Shown one piece after another: positions 11,543-22,903 of a stretch of DNA of 64,000 nucleotides. Source of the DNA: Azolla caroliniana (Eukaryota > Plantae > Polypodiophyta); assembly GCA_043228905.1 (NCBI GenBank), contig JBHGNT010000021.1:7750001-7814000 (forward strand), read 5' to 3'. Under the pieces are notes generated by a model. It did no database searches, was not told where the DNA came from, and saw only the letters and a list, made by a program, of their open reading frames with translations. Numbering within the stretch: the first letter of the stretch is position 1; each line of letters starts with the position of its first letter. The position numbers and the translations under genes were made by a program.

Positions 11543-14500
11543 AGTCTTGACAGTTTGAACCAAAATTTTCTTTCCTCCCTCATTTCTTTCTCTTCCAAGA
11601 ACCTTAATAAGTTTCCTTCTTTCTTTTCCTCTTCCCTCATAAGATATGGAGTCCGTGAGCAAACAAGAATATATGTGTGTCCTTTATGAGCTTGACATGC
11701 TCACGAATAAATTTGTGGCACTACAGCAAGAAAATCAAAGGCTACTCGGGGACCTACAACATGTGAATACCGAGGCTACTATGAAGAGTTGTCACAACGG
11801 GTTCGCCAACTCGAGGCTACTATATTAGCGTTGGGGGTTCAAAACTACCCCAAAGAACCGAAGATTAGCCTCACTGCTAAGTTTGATGGTACAAGGTCTC
11901 TATTTCGAGGCTTTTTGAATCAAGTACGTTTGGTTATTTAGTTACATCCCAATCGATACCCAACGGAAGCTGCTCATGTGGGATTAGTAGGAACCTTGCT
12001 AAGTGGAACAACACTAGCATGGTTTGCACCACTCCTTGAGAAGAAATCATCGTTGTTGGAGGATTTTGAGGCGTTTGTTAAGGAGTTTCAAGCTAGCTTC
12101 GAAGATACTGACAGCACTAGGACGGCAATAAACAAGATTTGAAGGTTCTGACAAGGAGATCGTCCCGCGTCGGCTTACGCAGCCGATTTTCGCCTCTTGG
12201 CATGCGATATCCCTTGGGATGAGGTGGCTCTAATGGATCAATTCCGTCAAGGTTTGCGTAATGATGTCAAAGATCTTCTTCTTACCTTTCATGAAGATCC
12301 AAAATATCTTATAGAGGCAATTAGTCGAGTTGTGCGATGTGATAATCGCCTATTTGAGCGATGCTCGGTGCACCAACAAATGTTGCGCCGTCAACCGGAA
12401 CAAACGTACGCTTTTATAATCGCAACGCCTCCACAAGTTTCTAGACCCATCACGAGGGATGGCCCAACTCCAATGTAAATAGATTCAACACAATGTTGGG
12501 GGCCCTTATCGGATGCTGAGAAGCAACAACGTCGAGCACACCGCTTATGTCTATATTGTGGGGGTCTAGGACATATAGCCATGAATTGTCTGAATAAACC
12601 TAGACCTCAAGTATACCAAGTACGTGCACAAGTCAACCTTACTTCAAGCTCCATTATTACTTCTAATAACATAAGTAAGCCTAGTAGTCCATGCCATGAG
12701 AATAGATTCGATGTCTTGAGCCAATTAGAGGATGTGTTAAACGAGTAAGTCTGACCAAAATAGGAGCCATTTGGTTGGACAACCCTAGATATCTAGAGTT
12801 AGTTCCTAGTCATGGTTCCATTTCATCAAATCAAGTTCGTCGAGTTTTTTCTGCACAAGTTGAGCTTAGCACATCTACTTGTCATCGAGTCCTAGCCTTT
12901 GCCCTTTTAGATTCTAGAGCCAACTCTTGTTTCATGGATCGTGAGTTTGCATTGACACAAAACATCCTCTTGAATAGCCTCCCTAACCCAGTATCCGTAG
13001 AAGTCATCGATGGCCGTCCCAAAGCATCAGGTGATATAGTCGAAGAGTCCGAACCAATTCGTGTAGTTCTTGGTGATTTGGCAAGCATAATCTCTTTCAA
13101 CATTATCCGTAGTCCAGAACACCCATTAGTTCTAGGTCTCCCTTGGTTTGAACTACATAACCCGAAGATTGATTGGATGAAAAGAACAATTGAGGAATCC
13201 CAAGAAAAAAGAACTACACCCACATCCCTCAACACTCCAATATTTGATACTAGATCCCATAAGTTATCAACCATCTCTCTCCATCAGTTACGTGAGGAAG
13301 GGGGGAATGAGGACATGTTCGTATTTGCAATCGTAGCAACTCCATCAAGCCCATCACCCATCTTACCGGAGCCGGACATCCAATTACCAAAAAAATATAA
13401 AGAGTTTTCAGACGTCTTTGATAAGGTGAAGGCAAATACACTGCCAAAGCATAGGCCATACGATTGCCCTATTGACTTACAACCAGGGAAAGAACTGCCA
13501 TGGGGGCCAATTTATAATCTCTCACCGATAGAGCTAGAGACTTTGCGGGCATATATTGATGAGAATTTGGCAAACGGATTCATCCGGCATTTTAGATCCC
13601 CTCTTGGTGTACCTATCTTCTTCGTTAAGAAGAAAAACGGGTCTCTTCGGTTGGTCGTGGATTATCGAGGGCTGAACAAAGTGACTATCCGGAATAGATA
13701 TGCTCTACCATTGATCTCGAACCTTTTGGAACGTCTCAGTGGAGCAAAATATTTCACAAAATTGGATCTTCACGGTGCATACAATCTAGTTCGGATTCGT
13801 CCAGGGGATGAATGGAAAACTGCTTTTCGCACTCATTATGGACATTTCAAGTATCCCGTGATGCCATTCGGTCTCACAAATGCGCCTGCAGTGTTCTAGC
13901 ATATGGCGAATGATATTTTTCGAGATTTTCTCGATATCTTCACTATAGTTTACCTGGACAACATTTTGATCTATTCGAAGACTAAAGAGGAGCATGATAA
14001 ACATGTTCGTCAGGTATTACGTCGACTACGAGAATATGGTCTCTACGCAAAATTAGAAAAGTGCAGTTTTAGCCAGAATCAAGTGGAGTTTTTGGGGTAT
14101 GTTGTATCATCAACTCGTATCTCTATGGACCCAGTGAAGGTTCAAACAATTTTAGATCAAGGCAAACACCCCTTTCAGTGCGTGATGTACAATGTTTTCT
14201 CGGGTTTGCAAATTTTTATCAGAAATTCATTAAAAATTATTCCAAGGTCGTGCTTCCGCTCACCCAACTCACACACAAAAATCAACCATTCATATGGAAT
14301 TAAGAGGCGACAAAGGCATTCAAAAGTTTAAAACGAGCATTTACAACAACGCCTGGCGCATGTTGATCCGAAGAAATGCTTCATCCTTGAAGCTGATGCG
14401 TCCGATTTTGCATTAGGAAGTGTTCTATCGCAAACTGGAGATGACGGGCAACTACATCCTATTGCTTTTCATTCCCGAAAATTCGAAGTTGTAGAGATTA

Positions 14501-14888
14501 ACTACGAGATCCATGACAAAGAGCTTCTGGCAATTGTGGATTCTTTTCAACAATGGCGACATTTTCTGGAAGGTTCTTCTCAATAGATCATTGTCTACAA
14601 TGATCACAAGAACCTAGCATATTCCCAAAATGCTCGAGTCTTAAGTTGGCGACAAGCTCGTTGGGCGCAATTTTTGACTCACTTTGACTTTGTAATCATA
14701 TATCGCCCAGGGATGCAGCAAGGAAAAGCGGATAATCTTTCTCAACACTCTTATATGGAACTTCGTCTAGGAGAACCAACTTTTGAGCATAAAAAAGATT
14801 CCTTTTGGGTCCAAATTGCCTACGATTAATGGTAGTTATTTCCATAACCACACCCAGGGATTCTACTCTTCTTGATTCCATTCGAGAT
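11142..14888 (+). mobile_element. Degenerate Tcn1-like chromovirus T1 (5' LTR to about 11552, gag, PR-RT-RNase H), cut by a Copia
   Basis: Homologous to 21187-26940. The LTR 3' end is locally duplicated (about 11396-11457 and 11460-11552). Many stops. Confidence 0.85.
12775..14880 (+). pseudogene. pol: T1 pol (PR, RT, RNase H) with stops and frameshifts
   Basis: [52 protein letters not shown]. Confidence 0.88.
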
Positions 14889-17682
14889 TGTAAAGAATTG
14901 GATATGATTCTTGTGAAGCGGAAGAGATGTGAGTTATGTGTGTGTATGAGAGAGAGAGAGAGAGTGAGAGTGAGAGAGACAAGGAATAATACACAGAGAA
15001 TACGCAAGGTAAAAGTATATTAACAAAGGAGAAAGACTCAACTAAATACAAGGTGGGAGGAGGGTGCTTTATATAGTCACCCTCTCTCTTCATTAACTAC
15101 AAGACTCATGGAGCATGGGGAATGTGAAAGCTCATAAGTTATGTGTCATAGAATATGATTCTAGGACTCATACTAAATGCTAGAATACAAAGTGGTGACA
15201 TAATGGTGACTCTTGACTGTTGGAGTGTCTATTCACTCTCAAGGTGAGTTCACACACTAGACCAAGTTGAGCTTGATTCTCAACATGCCCCCTCAAGCTC
15301 AAGTCGGGTCGGTTTCAAACGGTATCCAAAATCCGCTTCGACTCGCATTCCGGAGTCCGCGCCGACTTGCATTTATGCGGAGTTGCGGAATCCGTGCTCC
15401 AGCTTGCATTGTGCGTAGTTGCGAAGTCTGCGCTTCGGCTTGCGTCTTTCTTTGCGTGGTTGCGTAATCCATGCGTTATTGCGTAGTGTGCGCAGTTTGC
15501 GGAATCCACACGTTATTGCGTAGCGTCTTCAGTACTCCCCCTCAAGCTTGGCATGTCAGGGATCGTCAATCCAAGATCGGTCATGAATTGCCATAGCTTG
15601 TCGGCTCCTAAGGCTTTAGTGAAGATGTCAGCCATTTGCAGATTGGTGCTAATGTGTTGTAGGTCGACATCGCCAGCTAGAACGCGCTCGCGGATGTAGT
15701 GATAGTGCACTTCGATGTGCTTTGTCCGTCCGTGAACACCGGGTTCCGAGCTAGATAGATACTGCTCATGTTGTCGCAATAAAGGGAAGTTGGATCCTTG
15801 ATGGGTACGCCCAGATCCTTGAGTATCCTTTTGAGCCATACGGCTTCACATGTGGCCACTGACACTCCCCTGTATTCCGCCTCGGTGCTTGAAAGAGCGA
15901 CGGTTGATTGCTTTTTGCTGCTCCAGGATATTGCTCCGCTGCCGAGGGAGAAAACAAATCCGGAGGTTGATCTTCTATCGGCTTTGTAGCTGGCCCAATC
16001 GGCGTCTATGTACCCCTCGAGTCGTATTGGCATCGTGATCTTGTAGAGGATGCCGCAATCCATTGTGCCGCTCACGTACCATAGAACTCGCTTAGCGCAA
16101 TCCAAGTGAGTATCACGCGGTGTTTGCATGAATTGACTAAGGAGACCGACCGGATAACTGAGATCGGGTCGAGTGATCGTGAGGTAGATGAGACTCCCGA
16201 TGAGTTGCCGATACTGAGTCGGCTCACACGCTTTGGTGCCGGAGTTTGCATCTAGTTTGAGATTACGATCGAGTGGGGTTGCCACGGATTTGCACTTAGC
16301 CATACCGAACTTGTATAACAAGTTGAGGATGTAGTGCTGTTGAGAAATCATGATTCTGGCCGGAGTCTGAATTACCTCGATGCCGAGGAAGTAGTGGAGT
16401 TCCTTCATGTCCGTCATCTCGAACTTGTCGGAAAGTAGGGATTTGACCTTATTGATTTCGACGAGATGCTCACCTCCAATGACTAGGTCATCCACATATA
16501 AGATGATGACAATCGGACTTGTGGATTCGCTTCGTATGTAGAGGGAGTTGTCCGATTTTGACATACGGAAGCCGATTTGATGAAGATATTGCGTTATCTT
16601 CGAATGCCACGCACGCGGTGCTTGCTTGAGGCTGTAGAGTGGCTTCTTGAGTCGGCAGACAACTTTTGGATTGGTGCTCGAGTTGAAGCCAGGTGGTTGG
16701 ATCATGTACACCTCCTCTTCTAATTCGCCTTGTAGAAAGGCGTTCTTGACATTCATTTGATGGAGGTGCCACCCTTTCGCCGTGGCAAGCGCAATTACGG
16801 TCCGCATCGTCCTCATCTTTGCCACCGGGGCAAAGGTCTCCTCGTAGTCAACTCCGTGAGTTTGGGCGTAACCTTTCGCTACGAGTTGCGCTTTGTAGCG
16901 GTTGACGGAACCGTCGGCGTTGTACTTCACTTTGTAAATCCATCTGCATCCGATCGCCTTTTTGTGTGGTGAGGTGGGAACGAGATCCCATGTCTCATTC
17001 TTGCGTAGTGCCTGCATCTCCTCGGTCATGGCTTCGATCCATCGTGGGTCCTTCGCGGCTTCGGAAAAGGTTTCCGGCTCCTGTATTGTCACTACCTTCA
17101 TCATAAAGGCATAATGGTATGCCATATAATTGTTCTAACCGAATCAGCTGACGGGGTTGTTTTCACGGGTGGATCGGCGGAGATTTTCATTTGCAGAGAT
17201 GAGGGCTTTCTTAGCTCCGATTGGTACCTCAAAACCGTCGAACTCACTGTCGAGTGAGTGAGCCGACTCATCGTCATCGAAGCGATCGTCTTCGTATTCC
17301 ACCATTTTCGCCTTGCCTTTGTCCATCTTCGGGCTAGGCCGTGATGTGCTTTGATCGCTCAAAGGCTCTTGTGGTCCGCTCAGTCGGGGCGTGATTGGAC
17401 TTTCTTCGAACATGTGCGTAAGGCAATCTTCATCCTCTAGCTCTTGTTCGGCAGATTCTGGGTTGAGCGGAGTCGGAGTCGGAGTTGTCTTTGGTGCGTA
17501 CCAGGATGCGGACTCGTCGAAAACGACGTCTCGACTTACGCGATATTTTCGAGTTAAGGGGTTGTAGCACTTGTACCCCTTTTGCTCCAATGAGTATCCT
17601 ACAAGGATACATTTCTCCGACTTCGGGTCAAGCTTTTGACGCTTCTCATAAGGGATTTGCACATACGCTATTGTGTAGAATA
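14889..17682 (-). mobile_element. Ty1/Copia 3' part (3' LTR 14889-15285, PPT 15286-15296)
   Basis: LTR termini TGTTGAGAA...TTCTTTACA on the minus strand; PPT TTGAGGGGGCA; Copia RT and RNase H. Confidence 0.88.
15513..17662 (-). pseudogene. pol: Copia integrase C-terminus, RT and RNase H (one stop, one frameshift)
   Basis: KCILVGY..SRDVVFDE; YSLKQAPRAW; YVDDL; ALSSTEAEY; RTKHIEVHYH. Confidence 0.9.
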
Positions 17683-19753
17683 TGTCAGGAATAGTACTAA
17701 AACAGAGATGGAATTAGTACTAAGAACAGGAGTACTATTAGTACTAAGAGGACGGGACTGCGTAAGATTCCCGAGAGAGGAAGTGAGAAGAGGAGAGAGA
17801 GAGAGATAGCGAGAATGGGAGAGAGAGAGAGAGAGATGATGACAACAGCTAATATATTATGTGAAAAGATAAGTACAAGCGGCTAAGAGGCTTAAGACTG
17901 GCGTTGAACCAATTTGGTTCAAAACAATGCCTTGTGCCTCCTTTTATAGTGTTTTTAGGAATAATCCTGAAGCTTCTAGAATGTTCCAGAGAGATCTGGA
18001 ATATACATCAATTTTCTATGATAAAGTATAAATGAAAATAATATCCTACAAAATACAATTCATAATCTAATGGTAAGAGCTCGACCCATGTAGCATAAAG
18101 TCATGAGTTCGAGTCTTGCCATGACACTATCTCCCCCTTAAAGACGACGAGTGGAACGAGTCGGCGCTAATTGCGGACCGGGTTTGTCCGGATACTTTCG
18201 GTGGAAATCAGCAAGAAGATCTTGTGCATTGGCAACATTCTCGATGGGTTCCCAAGTACGTTCGCTCGGACTATAACCGAGCCAATCGACCAAGTAATAA
18301 AGTTTGTTGCGAACAAGTTTGGAATCGAGGATGGCAGCAACTTCATACTCCGGGCCAACGTCCAACTCCAGCGGGGGCGGCGGTGGTGTCACACGATCGG
18401 GAATGGTGTTTGCTTTATAAGGTTCAAGAAGAGAACAATGGAAAACTGGATGTATCTGAAGTTGCGGAGGGAGATCCAGGCGGAAGGTGACATCATTAAT
18501 CTTCCCCGTAATACGGAAAGGACCGAGTCGTCGATAATCCAACTTGTCGCACGGTCGCGTAGTCTTGATGTGACGACGTAAGAGCCATACTCGATCTCCG
18601 ATGGCAAAAGAGGAGGGAATCCGATGACGATCCGCATAAGTCTTCTGTGTGTGTTGAGCATGATGAAGGTGAGTAGAGAGATCCATCTAGATCTTGCGTA
18701 GCCTCTCCAAATGGTCCTCGGCACGAGGGTTGGTGGGTAGCTCCGGAGTGTCGATCACCGACCAGCGAGGATGGAAACCGGTATAAGCGGGAAATGGGGA
18801 GACCCGAGTCGAGGAGTGAATAGCATTATTATACGCAAACTTCGCAAAGTGGAGAATCTCGGTCCAATCGTCCTGTTGATAACTCTGGAAACACCGGAGA
18901 TATTGCTCCAACGTTTGGTTTGTTCGTTCCGCCTGTCCGTCGGTTTGAGGATGGTAGCTGGAGGAGAGGTTGCAGGAGACCTTGAGCATCCTGAAGAGAT
19001 GCTGCCAAAATTTGGAGACAAATTGCGGGCCTCGGTCACTGATAATACTGTCTGGGAGGCCATGATGCCGAAATACCTCACGCATAACAAGAGCGGCGGT
19101 TTCCTCGCTAGTGATGGCTTTAGTACATGGCACAAAATGTGCCATCTTCGTATATCGATCGACGACGGTTAGGATAGCATCGAACCCCTTCGAGACCGGC
19201 AGATCTGTGATAAAATCAAGACAAATAGACTGCCATGGCTTACTTGGAATTGGTAAAGGTTCCAACAAGCCATATGGATGGTGTCGTGGCATCTTTGCTC
19301 GACAGCAAGCATCACAGGTCCGAACGTAGTCGTCGACAAAACGGCGCATGTGGGGCCACCAAAAAGATCGCTGCACTAACTCCAACGTCTTGGTACTACC
19401 GAAATGTCCCGCCGTATGGGTGTCGTGACAATGTTGGACGATTTGAAGGCGACATGAGCAATCGGGGACATATACGCGCTTTTTAAAGAATACCAAACCA
19501 TCATGATATTCGAATTGTCGGTAGTCAATACTTGGTTGTTGAGACTGAGAACAGGATGCCCGAGAAGTGTCAATGTGCGCCAGGATGTCTTGAGCAAAAC
19601 TATCCGTCTTCAAGGTTGCACGTATGTCATCGGTAATCCGTGAATCCATCGGGGTGTGAAAAATCCGCGTCGTGTGCAATCGTGTTGGTCCCAAGATTAC
19701 TTGCTTTTGATTATCAAATGTTGCGTCACCAGGACGAGGTGCAAGATATGAAC
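17683..19753 (-). mobile_element. Tcn1-like chromovirus T2, 3' part (3' LTR 17683-18126), ending at the gap
   Basis: LTR TGTCAT...CTGACA homologous to 21187-21645; PPT 18127-18139. Confidence 0.9.
18138..19694 (-). pseudogene. pol: T2 integrase plus chromodomain, one in-frame stop at 18687-18689
   Basis: HHCC, DFITDLP, SDRGPQF, QTDGQAER, GPF, EYEVAAILD..YLVDWLGY..TWEP. Confidence 0.9.
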
Positions 19754-19853
19754 NNNNNNNNNNNNNNNNNNNNNNNNNNNNNNNNNNNNNNNNNNNNNNN
19801 NNNNNNNNNNNNNNNNNNNNNNNNNNNNNNNNNNNNNNNNNNNNNNNNNNNNN
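19754..19853. other. Assembly gap (100 N)
   Basis: Run of N; unrelated elements lie on the two sides. Confidence 0.99.
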
Positions 19854-20058
19854 ATCGACGTGAGGTTTGTCTAAAAGCGGACTCCCAACGGAATCCTTCG
19901 ACCCGTGGGAGTCCTCTATTTGGGCTCTGATGTGTTTCTACCAAGAAAAGTATATCAGATACCTTTAGTATCTCCTCTAGGCGGCCGGGGTGTGCCCAGA
20001 GTGCGCCATTACAATTCCATAGGGTCATCCTAAGTGCATTTTCTGTCACATGGGCCAC
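19854..20058 (-). CDS. LINE ORF2 N-terminus (APE endonuclease), cut by the gap
   Basis: LRMTLWNCNG...DILFLVETH motifs; starts a few nt after the ORF1 stop. Confidence 0.8.
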
Positions 20059-20064
20059 ACACCG

Positions 20065-20877
20065 TCAGTTAGTAGTGCGATCATTTATGATCACTTGCCC
20101 GTCTCGGTAAAAGGCGCGATGGCCTTCTTTACGAGCTTGCATAACTCGTGGCATACAACTCTTGCGATGCTCAATTTGCATCTTAGTGAGGTCTTCATCG
20201 AGATAGATGGGGTCCCCATCCATTCCTCGAAGGATTGGTCTCTTCTTAAAGAAAGTGATTCTAGAGTCTAAGTCTTTAAATTGAAGGACTAAGGCTCTCT
20301 TCCTAGTTGTGTCATGCCCGGCCCTCCATGCTTTGGTGATAGGTAGGGCCTCTGTGTACCCTAACATTTTCCCAAGTGTTTGTGCGTCCTCATTTGGGGA
20401 TGCACCTTCCTTGAGCCCAGTGACACGTACATTTAAGCGTCGGGCCTGACGCATTTTCTCTTCTTCAAGGGTGGTGTTAACAATATTTTCATCTTTTATT
20501 TCTTTTTTAATGTTTCTTTTAACCACATCTACCCAACCCGTTTTAGCTAACTTTATGTTATTATTAACTTCCTCTTTAACTTTTTTAATTTCGTCCTTTA
20601 TATCCTCTATAGAGGATATTTCACCGTCTTCTCGAGATACCTCGATGTCCTTAAGTTGTTTTTTAAGGTCGATGTTTTCTACTTTAAGTTGTTCTATTTC
20701 GGCCTTGAGGGCGTCTTTTTCCTCTCTATCTTTTTTCTTGTAGGTTTCGGTGTCTTTCACCCATTTTTTCATATCCATCTCTATTTTTGTTAAACGATTA
20801 AACATATCTAAAAAGTCCTCCTTACTTATAGCCTCGTCTTGTATATCCTTAAGTTCCTTAGTCCGTCTAGACGTCAT
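20065..20877 (-). CDS. LINE ORF1 protein (coiled coil plus RRM/CTD-like region), RTEX-like
   Basis: 270-aa open ORF with a heptad-rich N-half, RRLNVRVTGLKE and IYLDEDLT; lies directly upstream of the APE ORF. Confidence 0.8.
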   Translation of the reverse strand: MTSRRTKELKDIQDEAISKEDFLDMFNRLTKIEMDMKKWVKDTETYKKKDREEKDALKAEIEQLKVENIDLKKQLKDIEVSREDGEISSIEDIKDEIKKVKEEVNNNIKLAKTGWVDVVKRNIKKEIKDENIVNTTLEEEKMRQARRLNVRVTGLKEGASPNEDAQTLGKMLGYTEALPITKAWRAGHDTTRKRALVLQFKDLDSRITFFKKRPILRGMDGDPIYLDEDLTKMQIEHRKSCMPRVMQARKEGHRAFYRDGQVIINDRTTN

Positions 20878-21186
20878 TGTGGTGTTAATAAGAAAAAAAA
20901 AGGGTAAAATAAATGGGTTCGAGACTTAGCCGAGTTTGTTCGCAATCACATCGGCATTTTGTAGCACGGGACGAGCACACCAAAAGAACCCACCCATGAA
21001 CTCGTCGAGAAAAAGGTACTTCACCACATCAAGAACGGAGAAGAAAACACCCCGTGACGGCGACGGTGACGGTGGCAGTCGTCAAACGACGGTAGACGAC
21101 GGCGGCAGCAGACGGCAGAAGACGGTGGACGACGGTAGAAGACGGCGACGGCCGCAGATAACGGCAGCGACGGCGACGACGACGGC

Positions 21187-21250
21187 TGTCATAACTAGAC
21201 TCGAACCCATAACCTTTTGTTACACGGGTCGAGACTTTACCATTAGGTTA
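21187..21250 (-). promoter_or_regulatory. Putative tRNA-type Pol III promoter (A box plus B box), antisense in U3
   Basis: Minus strand TAACCTAATGG...AGGTTATGGGTTCGAGTC at tRNA spacing; equivalents in other LTRs (see findings). Confidence 0.6.
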
Positions 21251-21645
21251 TGAATTGTAATTTGAAGGATATTATTTTCATTTAGGTTTTATTGGGAAAT
21301 TGATGTATATTCCAGATTTCTCTAGAACATTCTAGAAACTTCAGGAGTATTCCTGAAGACACTATAAAAGGAGGCGCAAGGCATTAGTTCGAACCAAATC
21401 GGTTCAACGCCAGTCTTAAGCCTTCTAACTACTGTTGTATATCTTCCTTCATATAATACATATATCTTTCGCATCATCATTCTCTCTCTCTCTCTCTCTC
21501 TCTCACCCACTCACTCATTCCTTCTCTCAAAGTTCGACACCTCTCATAGTACTAATCCTTCTCTGTCTTAGTACTATTCCCCAACAATAGTACTAATCCT
21601 TCTTTTAGTACTAATTCCTTCTCTGCCTTAATAGAGTTCCTGACA
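21187..21645 (+). repeat. T3 5' LTR
   Basis: TGTCA...TGACA termini; TATAAAA at 21363; (TC)n; repeated TAGTACTA. Confidence 0.95.
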
Positions 21646-21733
21646 GTTTGAACCGATTTTGACTACTAGTCTCCCTCTTCCTTCTGTCTCCCTCCTTTCC
21701 TACTAGTCTCTTATTTCCCTTTTCCTTCATCCC

Positions 21734-22903
21734 ATGGCCACCGTTAGCGCTGAAGAGTATCAATCCGTTTTCTCGGAATTTCAATGCTTGAAAGAGAAGT
21801 TTCATGCTTTGGAACAAGAAAATCAACGCTTGTTGGGGGATCTTCAGCAAATTTCCTTAGAAAAGCAGCAAACGCAACAACAGCATGGGGAACTTGCGTT
21901 ACGCGTGCAACAACTCGAAGCAACCATCGTAGCAATGCAACAACAAGGGCACGGAGCACAAGGGATTCATAAAGAACCCAAGATTGGCCTTCCCACGAAG
22001 TTCGATGGAACGCGATCGCAGTTTAGAGGGTTTCTTAACCAGGTACGGTTAGTTATTCAAATGCATCCGTCCCGATATCCCACCGATGCATCACGAGTGG
22101 GTTTAGTAGGCACGTTGTTAAATGGCTCAGCATTAGCATGGTTCGCTCCGCTACTAGAAAAGGAATCTCCAGTACTAAATAATTTTGAAGAATTCATAAG
22201 TGAGTTTAAAGCATGTTTTGGAGATACTGACAGCATAAGGACTGCAATCAACAAAATCCGGCGATTACGCCAAGGTGACCGTCCAGCCTCCGCATATGCT
22301 GCAGATTTCCGCCTACTCGCCGCCGATATCCCCTGGGATGATCAAGCATTGATGGAGCAGTTCCGCTATGGTCTACGCAACGATGTCAAGGATTTACTCT
22401 TGACTTTCCCTGAAGAGCCAAAATCATTAACAGAAGCAATCAGTCGAGCGGTCAGATGTGACAACCGCCTCTTCGAGCGACGTTCGGAACGACAATTTCA
22501 GATGCCGAGGGCAAGATCCGAGCCTACCTATGCCTCAGTGGTAGCGAAACCTTTTCAAAGGGAGTCACATAATGCGCCTCCAGTAAGTACTCCAACTCCA
22601 ATGGAAATTGACACTACACGTCGTCGTGGGCCGCTATCGGAGGAGGAAAAGCAACGACGCCGAACAAATCGATTATGCCTTTATTGCGGTGGACCAGGGC
22701 ATATCGCGATAAACTGTCCCCATAGACCAAGAAGGCAGGTAAACCAAGTCATTGTTAGTTCTGACTATACTAAACCCGAGTCTATTTCAGTAGGAATCTC
22801 TGATAATCCTCATAGTCATAATAGTCCTAATAGTACTAATAGTCTGAATCTCGCAAACAAATTTGATGTCCTTAGCCAATTAGAAGAAGAGTTAAACGAC
22901 TAA
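21734..22903 (+). CDS. gag: T3 Gag
   Basis: Intact 389 aa; coiled-coil N-terminus, PTKFDG, LRQG, PMEID, CLYCGGPGHIAINC. Confidence 0.93.
   Translation: MATVSAEEYQSVFSEFQCLKEKFHALEQENQRLLGDLQQISLEKQQTQQQHGELALRVQQLEATIVAMQQQGHGAQGIHKEPKIGLPTKFDGTRSQFRGFLNQVRLVIQMHPSRYPTDASRVGLVGTLLNGSALAWFAPLLEKESPVLNNFEEFISEFKACFGDTDSIRTAINKIRRLRQGDRPASAYAADFRLLAADIPWDDQALMEQFRYGLRNDVKDLLLTFPEEPKSLTEAISRAVRCDNRLFERRSERQFQMPRARSEPTYASVVAKPFQRESHNAPPVSTPTPMEIDTTRRRGPLSEEEKQRRRTNRLCLYCGGPGHIAINCPHRPRRQVNQVIVSSDYTKPESISVGISDNPHSHNSPNSTNSLNLANKFDVLSQLEEELND

Noticed and set aside
11446-11689. ORFs with ERERER / LSLSLS runs (also near 14950, 21490, 27190, 56840 and 60730)
   Set aside because: They are translations of (AG)n microsatellites in LTRs or LINE flanks.
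19640-20058. ORFs spanning the N run that seem to join a chromovirus to a LINE endonuclease
   Set aside because: Artefact of the assembly gap; adjacency across it is unproven.
20065-20877. Possible host coiled-coil gene
   Set aside because: It is intronless and sits directly upstream of an APE endonuclease ORF, which fits LINE ORF1.
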